Of a stretch of DNA of 24,000 bases, positions 17,074 through 24,000 are shown in pieces. Each line of letters starts with the position of its first letter. Positions within the stretch are counted from its first letter, which is position 1. A program made the translations under genes and the position numbers. Under the pieces are notes generated by a model that saw only the letters and a list, made by a program, of their open reading frames with translations, made no database searches and had not been told where the DNA came from. The DNA comes from Comamonadaceae bacterium (lineage in GTDB: Bacteria; Pseudomonadota; Gammaproteobacteria; Burkholderiales; Burkholderiaceae_C): positions 41,194 through 65,193 of the forward strand of contig JAIYCG010000006.1 in NCBI GenBank assembly GCA_027488115.1, given 5' to 3'.

Positions 17074-17865
17074 ATGTCGCTTGAATATTCGCCGAAGGGG
17101 CTGGTGGGTTTGTTGACCCCGCAAGCCAACACCACGGTAGAGGCGGAGTTTCAATTGTTATTGCCAGCGGGCATGGGCTTGGTCAATGGACGCTTGGTCA
17201 GTCATCAGCCCGAACTTGAAGACCGTCTGAAAGAATATTTTGCGAATCTAGACACCCACATTGCCCAGTTTGGTGATGCGCCTCTGGGGGTTATTGGGCT
17301 TGCGGTGACGGGTGCCTCTTATTTCATGGGATTGGACAAAGAGGCTGCGTTGCTGCAGCACTTGTCTTCAAGTCTTGGGTTTCCAGTCATGTCTGCTGGT
17401 TGGGCAGTGCGCCAGACTTTGAAAATTTTGAACGCTAAGCGCATTGCATTGGTATCGCCTTATCCGCATTCTTTGCTTTTACACAGCAAGGCTTATTGGA
17501 CATCCGATGGTTTTGATGTTTTGGAAGTGGCGCAAGTTGTGCAGCCAACAGCGGGTTCAAGCACGCATGTGTCTGGTCATCCCGTTTATTCGCTGGGCTC
17601 AGAGGATGTCATTCAATCTCTGCAGAAATTGAGTGCCACAGAAGCCGATGTTGTAGTGTTGCTGGGCACGGGTTTACCTACTTTGCGTTGCTTGTTGGCA
17701 GCGCCTCAAATACTTCGCAAGCCCGTTATTTCATGCAACTTGGCGCTTGCTTGGTGTTGCGCCAATGCTGTCCATCCTATGCCAGACGCTCAGCATTCAT
17801 TGCTCAGTTGGCTTGAAGGTATGTCATGGAAACAGCGCTATTTAGAGCGCTGTTCTGCAACTTAA
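17074..17865 (+). CDS. Asp/Glu/hydantoin racemase-superfamily protein (maleate isomerase / arylmalonate decarboxylase-like)
   Basis: The start is trimmed to the ATG at 17074, with GAGGA 8 nt upstream. GLLTPQANTTVEAEF and RIALVSPYP match the maleate-isomerase-like fold as I recall it. The catalytic Cys positions appear substituted (see findings). Confidence 0.7.
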   Translation: MSLEYSPKGLVGLLTPQANTTVEAEFQLLLPAGMGLVNGRLVSHQPELEDRLKEYFANLDTHIAQFGDAPLGVIGLAVTGASYFMGLDKEAALLQHLSSSLGFPVMSAGWAVRQTLKILNAKRIALVSPYPHSLLLHSKAYWTSDGFDVLEVAQVVQPTAGSSTHVSGHPVYSLGSEDVIQSLQKLSATEADVVVLLGTGLPTLRCLLAAPQILRKPVISCNLALAWCCANAVHPMPDAQHSLLSWLEGMSWKQRYLERCSAT

Positions 17866-17880
17866 GACAAGTCTCAAAGA

Positions 17881-18834
17881 TCAGTCTGCTTTAATTTTGG
17901 CGGTACTGATCACTTGCGCCCATTTCTTACGCTCACCCGCCAAGTAGTTTTTGAAGTCTTCCTTAGAACCGCCAACGGGCTCAACCCCAATGGTGGTCAT
18001 GCGTTCTTTGGTTTCAGGCGCATTCAAGGCTGCAGCAAAAGCAGCATGCAGTTTGTTCACCACTGCGGCAGGTGTACCTGCTGGCAGGAGTGCACCGTAC
18101 CATCCATTGCCATCCACATCTTGAATGCCAAATTCGCCAAGGCTTGGAATTTCTGGTGCCAACGAAGAACGCTTGGGAGACAAAACGGCAATAGGCTTGA
18201 GTTTGCCAGATCGAATCAATTCGTTTAAGCCGCCTAGGCCGTCAACGCCCAGTGGCACATGGCCTCCCAACAGATCTGCTTTTAAGGGGCCAGAGCCTTT
18301 GTAGGGAATGTGCGGCACATTGATGTTGGTGCGCTGAGCCAACAATTCCATGGCCAAGTGAGAGTTGGAGCCTGTACCCGCAGAACCAAATGACAAAGCG
18401 CCTGGGGCTGATTTAGCGCGGGCAATCATCTGCTCAAGCGTGGAGAAGGGCGTACCCGGTGCTGCGACCAAATAATTGCCGTAGCGCACCAAATGAATAA
18501 GCGGAATGAAATCCTCGAAGCGCCATCCCAGCTTGTCAAACAGAGCTTCACTGGTGGTGAAATTGGGCGCAGTGACCAAGATGGTGTAGCCGTCGGCGGG
18601 TGCTTTGGCGACAAATTCGGTGCCGATGTTGGCCGACGCGCCGGCTTTGTTTTCAACAATCACTTGCTGTCCAAATGCATTGGAGATGTGAGCCGCCATC
18701 AGCCGCGCCACAGTGTCTGTGCCGCCACCAGGGCTGTATGGCACAACAATTCGAATGGGTTTGATGGGAAAGTCCTGAGCCTGAGCACTGAGGCCTAAGA
18801 ACACTGACACAAGCAGGGTAAAAATAATCTTCAT
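17881..18834 (-). CDS. Bug/TctC-family periplasmic substrate-binding protein
   Basis: 317 aa with a signal peptide, followed by FPIKPIRIVVPYSPGGGTDTVARLMA. Confidence 0.9.
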   Translation of the reverse strand: MKIIFTLLVSVFLGLSAQAQDFPIKPIRIVVPYSPGGGTDTVARLMAAHISNAFGQQVIVENKAGASANIGTEFVAKAPADGYTILVTAPNFTTSEALFDKLGWRFEDFIPLIHLVRYGNYLVAAPGTPFSTLEQMIARAKSAPGALSFGSAGTGSNSHLAMELLAQRTNINVPHIPYKGSGPLKADLLGGHVPLGVDGLGGLNELIRSGKLKPIAVLSPKRSSLAPEIPSLGEFGIQDVDGNGWYGALLPAGTPAAVVNKLHAAFAAALNAPETKERMTTIGVEPVGGSKEDFKNYLAGERKKWAQVISTAKIKAD

Positions 18835-18927
18835 GTTGCTACTTCCGAAGTAATGCTGTCGAAAAATTCCATGATAGCCAAAAAGAACTTGTTGAGAATT
18901 AGGGTTTCAGTTGGGACATTTACATTA

Positions 18928-19320
18928 ATTGGGGTCAGATCACAATTGTTTTGGCAGCTTGGCAGCCAATTTGACCGGCATATTGAGTTCAATGCCCAGT
19001 GCATGGGCGAGTGCGTTAGCGCCGCTGACAACGCCGTTTTCATAGCCATCCTCGGCATCGCCAATTTTGGCTGACATGTGTGAGTAGCAAGCGCAAGGTA
19101 TGGTCTGAGCCTGCAACATTTTCAAAGCGACTTTGCCTGCGTCGTCCTTACCGCCACCTGCATCGTTAAAGAAAACGCAACTTGGTTTTTGGCTGAGCGC
19201 GATGACAAATTCAGCAGCAGATCGACCGCCATGTGAGCCCGATACGACGACGGCATTGGCCTGTGCATCGCTGATGTGTGCGATCGAGTCTAGTAAAAAC
19301 AATTGTGATATGACCCCAAT
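18928..19320. mobile_element. 393-bp TA-flanked, inverted-repeat-bounded cassette (mobile-insertion-cassette-like), a variant of the MITE family
   Basis: 25-nt inverted repeats ATTGGGGTCAGATCACAATTGTTTT (18928-18952) and its complement (19296-19320) differ at 1 position. TA flanks sit at 18926-27 and 19321-22. The outer 15 nt are identical to the 145-bp MITE termini. The interior is occupied by one ORF. Confidence 0.6.
18940..19302 (-). CDS. Hypothetical 120-aa protein encoded inside the inverted-repeat cassette
   Basis: The ORF has host-like codon usage and a non-repetitive, globular-looking sequence (VVVSGSHGGRSAAEF...FFNDAGGGKDDAGK...IGDAEDGYENGVVSGAN). The only start is a TTG inside the right repeat, and the TGA stop lies inside the left repeat. 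I could not assign a family. Confidence 0.6.
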   Translation of the reverse strand: MFLLDSIAHISDAQANAVVVSGSHGGRSAAEFVIALSQKPSCVFFNDAGGGKDDAGKVALKMLQAQTIPCACYSHMSAKIGDAEDGYENGVVSGANALAHALGIELNMPVKLAAKLPKQL

Positions 19321-19357
19321 TAAATCTACACTTATGCATCAAATACGGAGCGCTGAA

Positions 19358-20161
19358 ATGACCCCTGAGACATTGCTGCATCACCTTGATCACGGCACGC
19401 TTTGGCCGGCAGCTGAGCTCGCAAGTATGCCTGAAGAAGTTGCGAGTGCCTACCAAACAGCCCTGAAAGTTCGAACACTGAGACAGGCAAGAGGCGAAGT
19501 ACCCAAGGGCTTCAAGATTGGTTTTACCAATCGCAGCATTTGGGAGCGCTATCAAGTTTTCGAGCCCATTTGGGGAACGGTATGGAACACGACGCTTAGT
19601 TTTGCCAACGAAGCAAGTGAATGTCATGTCGATATCTCTAATGTGTGCCAACCTCGGTTGGAGCCTGAATTGGTTTTTGGCATGCGTTGTACGCCGCCTG
19701 CCAACTTAACGCTACAAAGCCTGTATGAGTCTATTGATTGGATGGCCAGTGGATTTGAGGTGGTTCAGTCGCATGCAGACAACTGGAAATTCAAAGTGGC
19801 CGATACAGTGACTGACAGTGGCTTGCACGCCAAATTGGTGGTGGGTCAGCAAGTGAAGTTGTCGGACGTTGCCCAAAATGGCAATGAATTGCATACTTTG
19901 TTGTCGGGTATGTCCCTCGAACTTTTGCAAGCAGGTAAAAGTATAGAGAAGGGCGCTGCATCCAATGTTCTAGACAGCCCGCTAATGGCTTTGCATCACT
20001 TTTTGACAGCCCTCAGAAACTGCCCTGGTGCCCCCGATGTTCAAGCCGGCGATGTCATCACCACAGGCACTTGGACTGACGCGTGGCCCTTGGTAAAAGG
20101 CCAGCATTGGGAAAGCCGTTACGACCTACCCCTAACCGGACTCAAGCTGCAAGTCATTTAA
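19358..20161 (+). CDS. 2-keto-4-pentenoate hydratase-like protein (MhpD/HpcG-type, fumarylacetoacetate hydrolase superfamily)
   Basis: The start is trimmed to the ATG at 19358, with GGAG 7 nt upstream. The track start at 19133 is antisense to the 120-aa ORF. Supporting motifs are VRTLRQARGEVPKGFKIGFTN and GDVITTGTWT. The TAA stop is formed at the solo-TIR junction. Confidence 0.8.
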   Translation: MTPETLLHHLDHGTLWPAAELASMPEEVASAYQTALKVRTLRQARGEVPKGFKIGFTNRSIWERYQVFEPIWGTVWNTTLSFANEASECHVDISNVCQPRLEPELVFGMRCTPPANLTLQSLYESIDWMASGFEVVQSHADNWKFKVADTVTDSGLHAKLVVGQQVKLSDVAQNGNELHTLLSGMSLELLQAGKSIEKGAASNVLDSPLMALHHFLTALRNCPGAPDVQAGDVITTGTWTDAWPLVKGQHWESRYDLPLTGLKLQVI

Positions 20162-20184
20162 TTGGGGTCAGATCAACATTAATT
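20161..20184 (+). repeat. Solo MITE terminus (left-type TIR) preceded by TA
   Basis: ATTGGGGTCAGATCAACATTAATT is identical to the TIR of copies A and B, and TA lies at 20159-60. It fills exactly the gap between the convergent hydratase and hicB genes: the hydratase stop overlaps its first base and the hicB stop overlaps its last. Confidence 0.8.
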
Positions 20185-20579
20185 TACTCAACAGTTAAAG
20201 CCAGATGCGCAATGAGACCAGACCTGGTTTCGCCATATTTTTTGGCTTTTGAATCCAAGCGCGCCAATACCCTTTTGGGCAGGGTAATGTTAACTCGCTC
20301 TACTTCGTCAGACATCAATGCCGGATCGACCTCGACCATTGCCCAGATCCAGCCTTTGAACTCTTTGTGCTTTTGCAGGTGAGAAATAGGGCTTGGTTTG
20401 GGGATAACTTGATCCATGTCCAAAGCGGTTTCAATCCACAACTCGATGGCCTCTTTGGTGTTTTCGATGGCTTCGTCAATGCCTTGATCTGAAGCGGAAA
20501 AGCAACCAGGCAGGTCAGGCACGACAACGCCCCAAGTTTGAGTTGCGGTTGCAGGCTCTATGGCAATTGGGAATTTCAT
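20184..20579 (-). CDS. hicB: HicB antitoxin (HicB N-terminal fold plus C-terminal ribbon-helix-helix)
   Basis: 131 aa. MKFPIAIEPATATQTWGVVVPDLPGCFSASDQGIDEAIENTKEAIELW is a canonical HicB N-domain. The C-terminal VNITLPKRVLARLDSKAKKYGETRSGLIAHLAL is RHH/CopG-like. It lies 3 nt downstream of hicA. Confidence 0.9.
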   Translation of the reverse strand: MKFPIAIEPATATQTWGVVVPDLPGCFSASDQGIDEAIENTKEAIELWIETALDMDQVIPKPSPISHLQKHKEFKGWIWAMVEVDPALMSDEVERVNITLPKRVLARLDSKAKKYGETRSGLIAHLALTVE

Positions 20580-20582
20580 AAT

Positions 20583-20771
20583 TTACTGATCCTTTAATCC
20601 AGACTGCTTTAGCAGTTTAGCCAGCAATCCGGTACCTAAATCTTTGCTGCTAAGAGGAACACTGATGTGACCTGCGCGAAGCGGATGTACATAAACATGG
20701 TGTGATCCTTTGATGCCGCGCAGTTGCCAGCCATTGCGCAATAACAGTGCGATGAACTCTTTGCTTTTCAT
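20583..20771 (-). CDS. hicA: HicA mRNA-interferase toxin
   Basis: 62 aa. MKSKEFIALLLRNGWQLRGIKGSHHVYVHP...ISVPLSSKDLGTGLLAKLLKQSGL matches the HicA/YcfA pattern, including the catalytic GSHH. Confidence 0.9.
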   Translation of the reverse strand: MKSKEFIALLLRNGWQLRGIKGSHHVYVHPLRAGHISVPLSSKDLGTGLLAKLLKQSGLKDQ

Positions 20772-20780
20772 TCAAGCAAG

Positions 20781-20797
20781 ATACACACTATACACAC
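20781..20797 (-). promoter_or_regulatory. Possible hicAB promoter/operator: tandem 8-mers overlapping a -10-like box
   Basis: The minus strand reads GTGTGTAT-A-GTGTGTAT 9 nt upstream of the hicA ATG, with TATAGT (20787-20792) as a -10 candidate. The -35 is poor (cTTGTa at 17 nt). This is motif inspection only. Confidence 0.2.
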
Positions 20798-20827
20798 AAA
20801 CGACAATGTACAAGTGCTTGCAGAATA

Positions 20828-20972
20828 ATTGAGGTCAGATCAACATTAATTTCCAATCAAAGGGGAGAAAGCCTAAGGGGGGCTTCCTCATACTGGCGTA
20901 CCAGAAATCGTTCAGCCCCCCTTAGGCTTTCTCCCCTTTGATTGACCAAATTAATGTTGATCTGACCCCAAT
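20828..20972. mobile_element. 145-bp hairpin MITE, copy C (divergent inner stem)
   Basis: It has the same architecture and TA flanks (20826-27 and 20973-74). The left TIR has one G>A change (20832). The apical segment has one A>C change (20897). The inner 29-bp stem differs from A and B at six positions per arm, all compensated. Confidence 0.85.
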
Positions 20973-22192
20973 TATTTAGGTCTGTCCTTCTCGGGATATT
21001 GGTCAAAAACTGCACCCTGTTCAAACAGTGCTTGAATTTCTTCGGTTGAATAACCCAACTCAACAAGTACCTGCTTGGAGTGCTGACCAAGCCAAGGCGC
21101 GGGCATTCGAATGGTACTCAGTGCACCGCTAGATTTAATGGGCAAGCCTATGGTTTTCATGGGGCCAATGATGGGGTGGTCTATGTCGTGAACCATTTTT
21201 CGCGCATGAATGTGCGGGTCGTTCATGATTTGCTCATAGCCAAAAACAGGGCCACCTGGAATGCCTGCCGCATCCATTTTGCCAACCCAATGTGCAGTTG
21301 ACTCTTGCATCAAAATGGCCTCAATGTCTCGTTCTAATGCATCCGCATTTTTAACGCGCAAAGCTTGCGTGATGTAGAGAGGATTAGACGGCCAATCGGG
21401 CTTCTCAACCACTTTTTCGCAAAACACCAGCCATAGTTTTTGAGACCCTGCGCCCACAGTGACATAACCATCTGCACTTCGATAAGCCTGGTAGGGCGCC
21501 GCGCGGCGGTGCCTTGTGCCCGTAGACGTGGGTATTTCACCCGATCCAAAAAACGCGCCAAACTCCCAAGCTGTCCAGGCAAGGCCGGCTTCTAACAAAG
21601 AGGTTTCAAGGTACTGACCTGTGCCAAAACGTAATTTACCAATCAAGGCCCCCAAAATACCAGAAAGTGCCGTCACGCCACTTGCAATGTCGTTCATGGC
21701 AATGCCCACTTTGACAGGGCGTCCACCGGGTTCACCAGTCATCAGCATGATGCCCGACATGCCTTGCGCAATGATGTCAAAGCCGCCCTTTTTGCCATAA
21801 GGCCCCGTCTGACCAAAGCCAGACAAAGAAGCATAAATGACGCTTGGGTTGACAGCCTTAACTGTCTCGTATCCCAAGCCCATGCGCTTCACAACGCCCG
21901 GCCGAAAGTTCTCCAAGATAATGTCTGCTTTAGAAGCCAAGTCCAAGGCGATCTTCAAACCTCCAGGGTCTTTTAAATTGAGCGCAACACTTTGTTTGTT
22001 CCGGTTCAGCACCGCAAAGCAATAAGACTCGCCATTCACCTGAGGCTCAAAACTTCTAGAAGAATCGCCCTTGTTGGCGTTTTCAATTTTGATCACCTCT
22101 GCACCCATGTCACCCAAGACCATGCTGCAGTAAGGCCCCGCCAGCACGTTGGTTAAATCAAGAACACGAATGCCAGACAAGGGGAGGGTCAT
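20972..22192 (-). CDS. Family III CoA-transferase (CaiB/BaiF/formyl-CoA transferase-like)
   Basis: 406 aa. LSGIRVLDLTNVLAGPYCSMVLGDMGAEVIKIE is the canonical family III N-terminus. The TAA stop is formed at the MITE C junction. Confidence 0.9.
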   Translation of the reverse strand: MTLPLSGIRVLDLTNVLAGPYCSMVLGDMGAEVIKIENANKGDSSRSFEPQVNGESYCFAVLNRNKQSVALNLKDPGGLKIALDLASKADIILENFRPGVVKRMGLGYETVKAVNPSVIYASLSGFGQTGPYGKKGGFDIIAQGMSGIMLMTGEPGGRPVKVGIAMNDIASGVTALSGILGALIGKLRFGTGQYLETSLLEAGLAWTAWEFGAFFGSGEIPTSTGTRHRRAAPYQAYRSADGYVTVGAGSQKLWLVFCEKVVEKPDWPSNPLYITQALRVKNADALERDIEAILMQESTAHWVGKMDAAGIPGGPVFGYEQIMNDPHIHARKMVHDIDHPIIGPMKTIGLPIKSSGALSTIRMPAPWLGQHSKQVLVELGYSTEEIQALFEQGAVFDQYPEKDRPK

Positions 22193-22200
22193 GTGTCTGC

Positions 22201-22989
22201 CTATTTGCCTTTAAAAACAGGCTTGCGTTTTGCCATGAAGGCGGTTCTGCCTTCCTTAAAGTCTTCGCTGTTGAAGCACGCGGCCACCACCTTCTCGCAC
22301 AAATCCATATTGCGCTTGGCCTCGTCTTTGACAATCTCGCCCACCAGGGTTTTGATGGAAGCAACAGTCATCGGTGCATTTGAAGCAATCGTTTCTGCAT
22401 ATTGCTGCACATATTGTTCTAGTGCATCAGCCGCAACCATGCGATTGATCAGCCCCATGCTCATGGCTTCTGAAGCAGAAAACTGTCTGGCTGTGAAAAA
22501 TATTTCTTGCGCAAATGAAGGCCCCACCACATCGACCAACTTGCGCACACCCTCATACTCATACCCCAAACCCAACCTGGCTGCGGGCACAGCAAACTTT
22601 GAATTGTCACTGGCAATGCGAATGTCGCAATTCAAAGCCACGCCTACGCCACCGCCGATGCAATAGCCTTGAATCATGGCAATGGTGGGCTTGTTGATAT
22701 TTTTAAGCGCCTGCATGCCCTTGGCAGAGACCGCGTTGTAATGCGTCTCGGCTTCAGCAGAGTTGCGTTGATTTTCAAATTCAGAAATATCGGCGCCCGA
22801 TACAAAGGCCTTGCCCCCAGCACCTTGAACCACGACAACACGAATGTCTGGGTCTGTTGTAAATTCGTGTGCAATGTAGGCCAAGCCTTCCCACATCTCA
22901 AGCGATACCGCGTTGTGCCGCGCAGGGTTGTTAAACGTGAGCCACCCAATGTGCTTGTCTTTTCGAGCAAGCATTTTCTCTGTTGTCAT
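22201..22989 (-). CDS. Enoyl-CoA hydratase/isomerase (crotonase) family protein
   Basis: The start is trimmed to the ATG at 22989 (MTTEKMLARKDKHIGWLTFNNPARHNAVS). VVVQGAGGKAFVSGADISEF and QGYCIGGGVGVALNCDIRIA are crotonase oxyanion-hole motifs. Confidence 0.9.
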   Translation of the reverse strand: MTTEKMLARKDKHIGWLTFNNPARHNAVSLEMWEGLAYIAHEFTTDPDIRVVVVQGAGGKAFVSGADISEFENQRNSAEAETHYNAVSAKGMQALKNINKPTIAMIQGYCIGGGVGVALNCDIRIASDNSKFAVPAARLGLGYEYEGVRKLVDVVGPSFAQEIFFTARQFSASEAMSMGLINRMVAADALEQYVQQYAETIASNAPMTVASIKTLVGEIVKDEAKRNMDLCEKVVAACFNSEDFKEGRTAFMAKRKPVFKGK

Positions 22990-23002
22990 ACGGCTATTAC
23001 AT

Positions 23003-23773
23003 TTAACCGACAGTGCCAGCATCAGCCATCAGGCAACTGCCAGTGATGAATGAAGCCTCAGACGACGCTAACCAAAGTATGGGGTATGCAATTTCGGCAG
23101 GGTCGGCCCAGCGTTTGAGCAAATTTTGCTCATAGCGTTGGTGGTCAATTTCAATGCCAGATTTTCTGGCCTCTGCAGCACGCTTGATGTGAAAGGGTGT
23201 GAGAGTGGCGCCAGGGCAAATTGCATTCACACGAACTTGGTGCTGCGCTTCCTCATAGGCCAAGGTTTTGGTCAATGAAACAATGCCCGCCTTGGTCACA
23301 TCGTATTGCCCCATGCCCACCCTAGGGTGAACAGCATGCGTTGAAGACACATTCACAATGTTGCCCGTTGAACTTTGGCGCAAAAGAGGCAATGCCTCTC
23401 TGGCCATGTACACATAACTGAGCAAATTCACAGCAATGATTTGATTCCAAACTTCAGCCGTTGAGTCTGCCAGTGGCTCATAAGAGCGCATGCCAGCGTT
23501 GTTCACCAAGATGTCTAGTTGGCCCCAATGTGAAAAAACACGAGAAACAACTTCTGCAGCTGAAGCTTCAATGGCAAGATTGACAGGGATGCAAATGACC
23601 TCAGCACCAGGAATGGCATCTTGAACAGATTTGGAAACTGCATCCAAAGGTGAATCGGGCAAGTCGACCAGTGCCACCTTGGCGCCATGTTCGCAAAAAA
23701 GTTTGGCAGTGGCCGCGCCTATTCCGCCTGCCCCCCCCGTCACAATGGCTACTTTGTTGGCAAGTCTTTTCAT
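23003..23773 (-). CDS. SDR-family oxidoreductase
   Basis: 256 aa. Contains VAIVTGGAGGIGAA (the TGxxxGxG motif), NNAG and YDVTKAG (YxxxK). Confidence 0.9.
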   Translation of the reverse strand: MKRLANKVAIVTGGAGGIGAATAKLFCEHGAKVALVDLPDSPLDAVSKSVQDAIPGAEVICIPVNLAIEASAAEVVSRVFSHWGQLDILVNNAGMRSYEPLADSTAEVWNQIIAVNLLSYVYMAREALPLLRQSSTGNIVNVSSTHAVHPRVGMGQYDVTKAGIVSLTKTLAYEEAQHQVRVNAICPGATLTPFHIKRAAEARKSGIEIDHQRYEQNLLKRWADPAEIAYPILWLASSEASFITGSCLMADAGTVG

Positions 23774-23785
23774 ACGCTGGGCTGC

Positions 23786-24000
23786 CTATCCTAAGGTGCT
23801 GATTTCTTGATGCTCAACGAAATCTGGGTTTTTACAAATTCTCAAAATTGCAACGACGCTGTAAACGCTCATTAACAAAGCAGTGGAGGGTATGGCGACA
23901 TACCAGTAAATTTTGTTGACCTGAAGATAAGGCGTGGTTTCGCCAGAATTAAGACCAAAATCTGCGCCGTAATACACCAAGATCAAAAGCAAAAAAAGCA
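23786..24000 (-). CDS. Membrane protein C-terminal fragment, probably a TRAP transporter small permease (DctQ-like); the ORF stays open to the window edge
   Basis: Hydrophobic helices plus ...PYLQVNKIYWYVAIPSTALLMSVYSVVAIL resemble the DctQ C-terminal pattern. There is no in-frame stop between 23992 and 24000, so the true start lies outside the window. Confidence 0.45.
   Translation of the reverse strand, partial: LFLLLILVYYGADFGLNSGETTPYLQVNKIYWYVAIPSTALLMSVYSVVAILRICKNPDFVEHQEISTLG

Noticed and set aside
19133-19357. N-terminal 75-codon extension of the hydratase ORF starting at 19133.
   Set aside because: The extension is antisense to the 120-aa ORF and reads through the inverted repeat. 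The sequence (PPPASLKK...) is not protein-like. The ATG at 19358 has a GGAG at optimal spacing and gives a typical family length.
6249-20972. CRISPR array or other regularly spaced repeat system formed by the repeated ATTGGGGTCAGATCA sequences.
   Set aside because: The repeats are kilobases apart at irregular spacing and occur as inverted pairs. They enclose a conserved core rather than unique spacers, and no cas genes are present.
18926-20974. Integron-like cassette array. The palindromic 145-bp repeats could be attC sites: GATCAAC...GTTGATC resembles the RYYYAAC/GTTRRRY cores, the arms have asymmetric bulges, and a TA module and small ORFs sit between repeats.
   Set aside because: Both core-like motifs have a mismatch to the consensus. 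Sequence conservation extends 10 nt outside them to a TA-flanked terminus. The arms occur in both orientations relative to the flanking genes. Most flanked units are multi-gene operons rather than promoterless cassettes, and no intI is present. A TA-duplicating TIR element explains the data better.

Overview
The window is gene-dense and mostly minus-strand coding. It looks like an accessory catabolic region of a betaproteobacterium (Burkholderiales-like). That placement is inferred only from five paralogous Bug/TctC-type periplasmic solute-binding genes; no rRNA, tRNA or other marker is present. The Bug genes are interleaved with acyl-CoA-type catabolic enzymes: an acyl-CoA ligase, an SCP-x-like thiolase, a family III CoA-transferase, a crotonase, two SDRs, an MmgE/PrpD protein, an OYE/FadH-like flavoreductase, an MhpD-like hydratase and an Asp/Glu-racemase-fold protein. 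Also present are a TonB-dependent receptor, a large putative hydrolase lipoprotein, a stand-alone PAS protein, a secreted SNase-like nuclease, a hicAB toxin-antitoxin pair and a partial TRAP small permease. I saw no transcription-factor gene, transposase, CRISPR array or RNA gene. The most unusual content is a family of TA-flanked inverted-repeat elements that share the terminus ATTGGGGTCAGATCA. There are three full 145-bp hairpin copies (6249-6393, 11019-11163, 20828-20972). One 393-bp copy has a variant inner terminus and its interior is filled by a 120-aa ORF (18928-19320). A solo terminus (20161-20184), together with the third full copy, brackets hicAB. Three details of the copies are worth following up. 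One copy carries six fully compensated base-pair changes in its inner stem. The apical segment is inverted relative to the arms between copies. Three host genes end on a TAA formed at the element junction. All functional calls rest on my reading of the translated ORFs and on recalled family motifs; no database search was possible.
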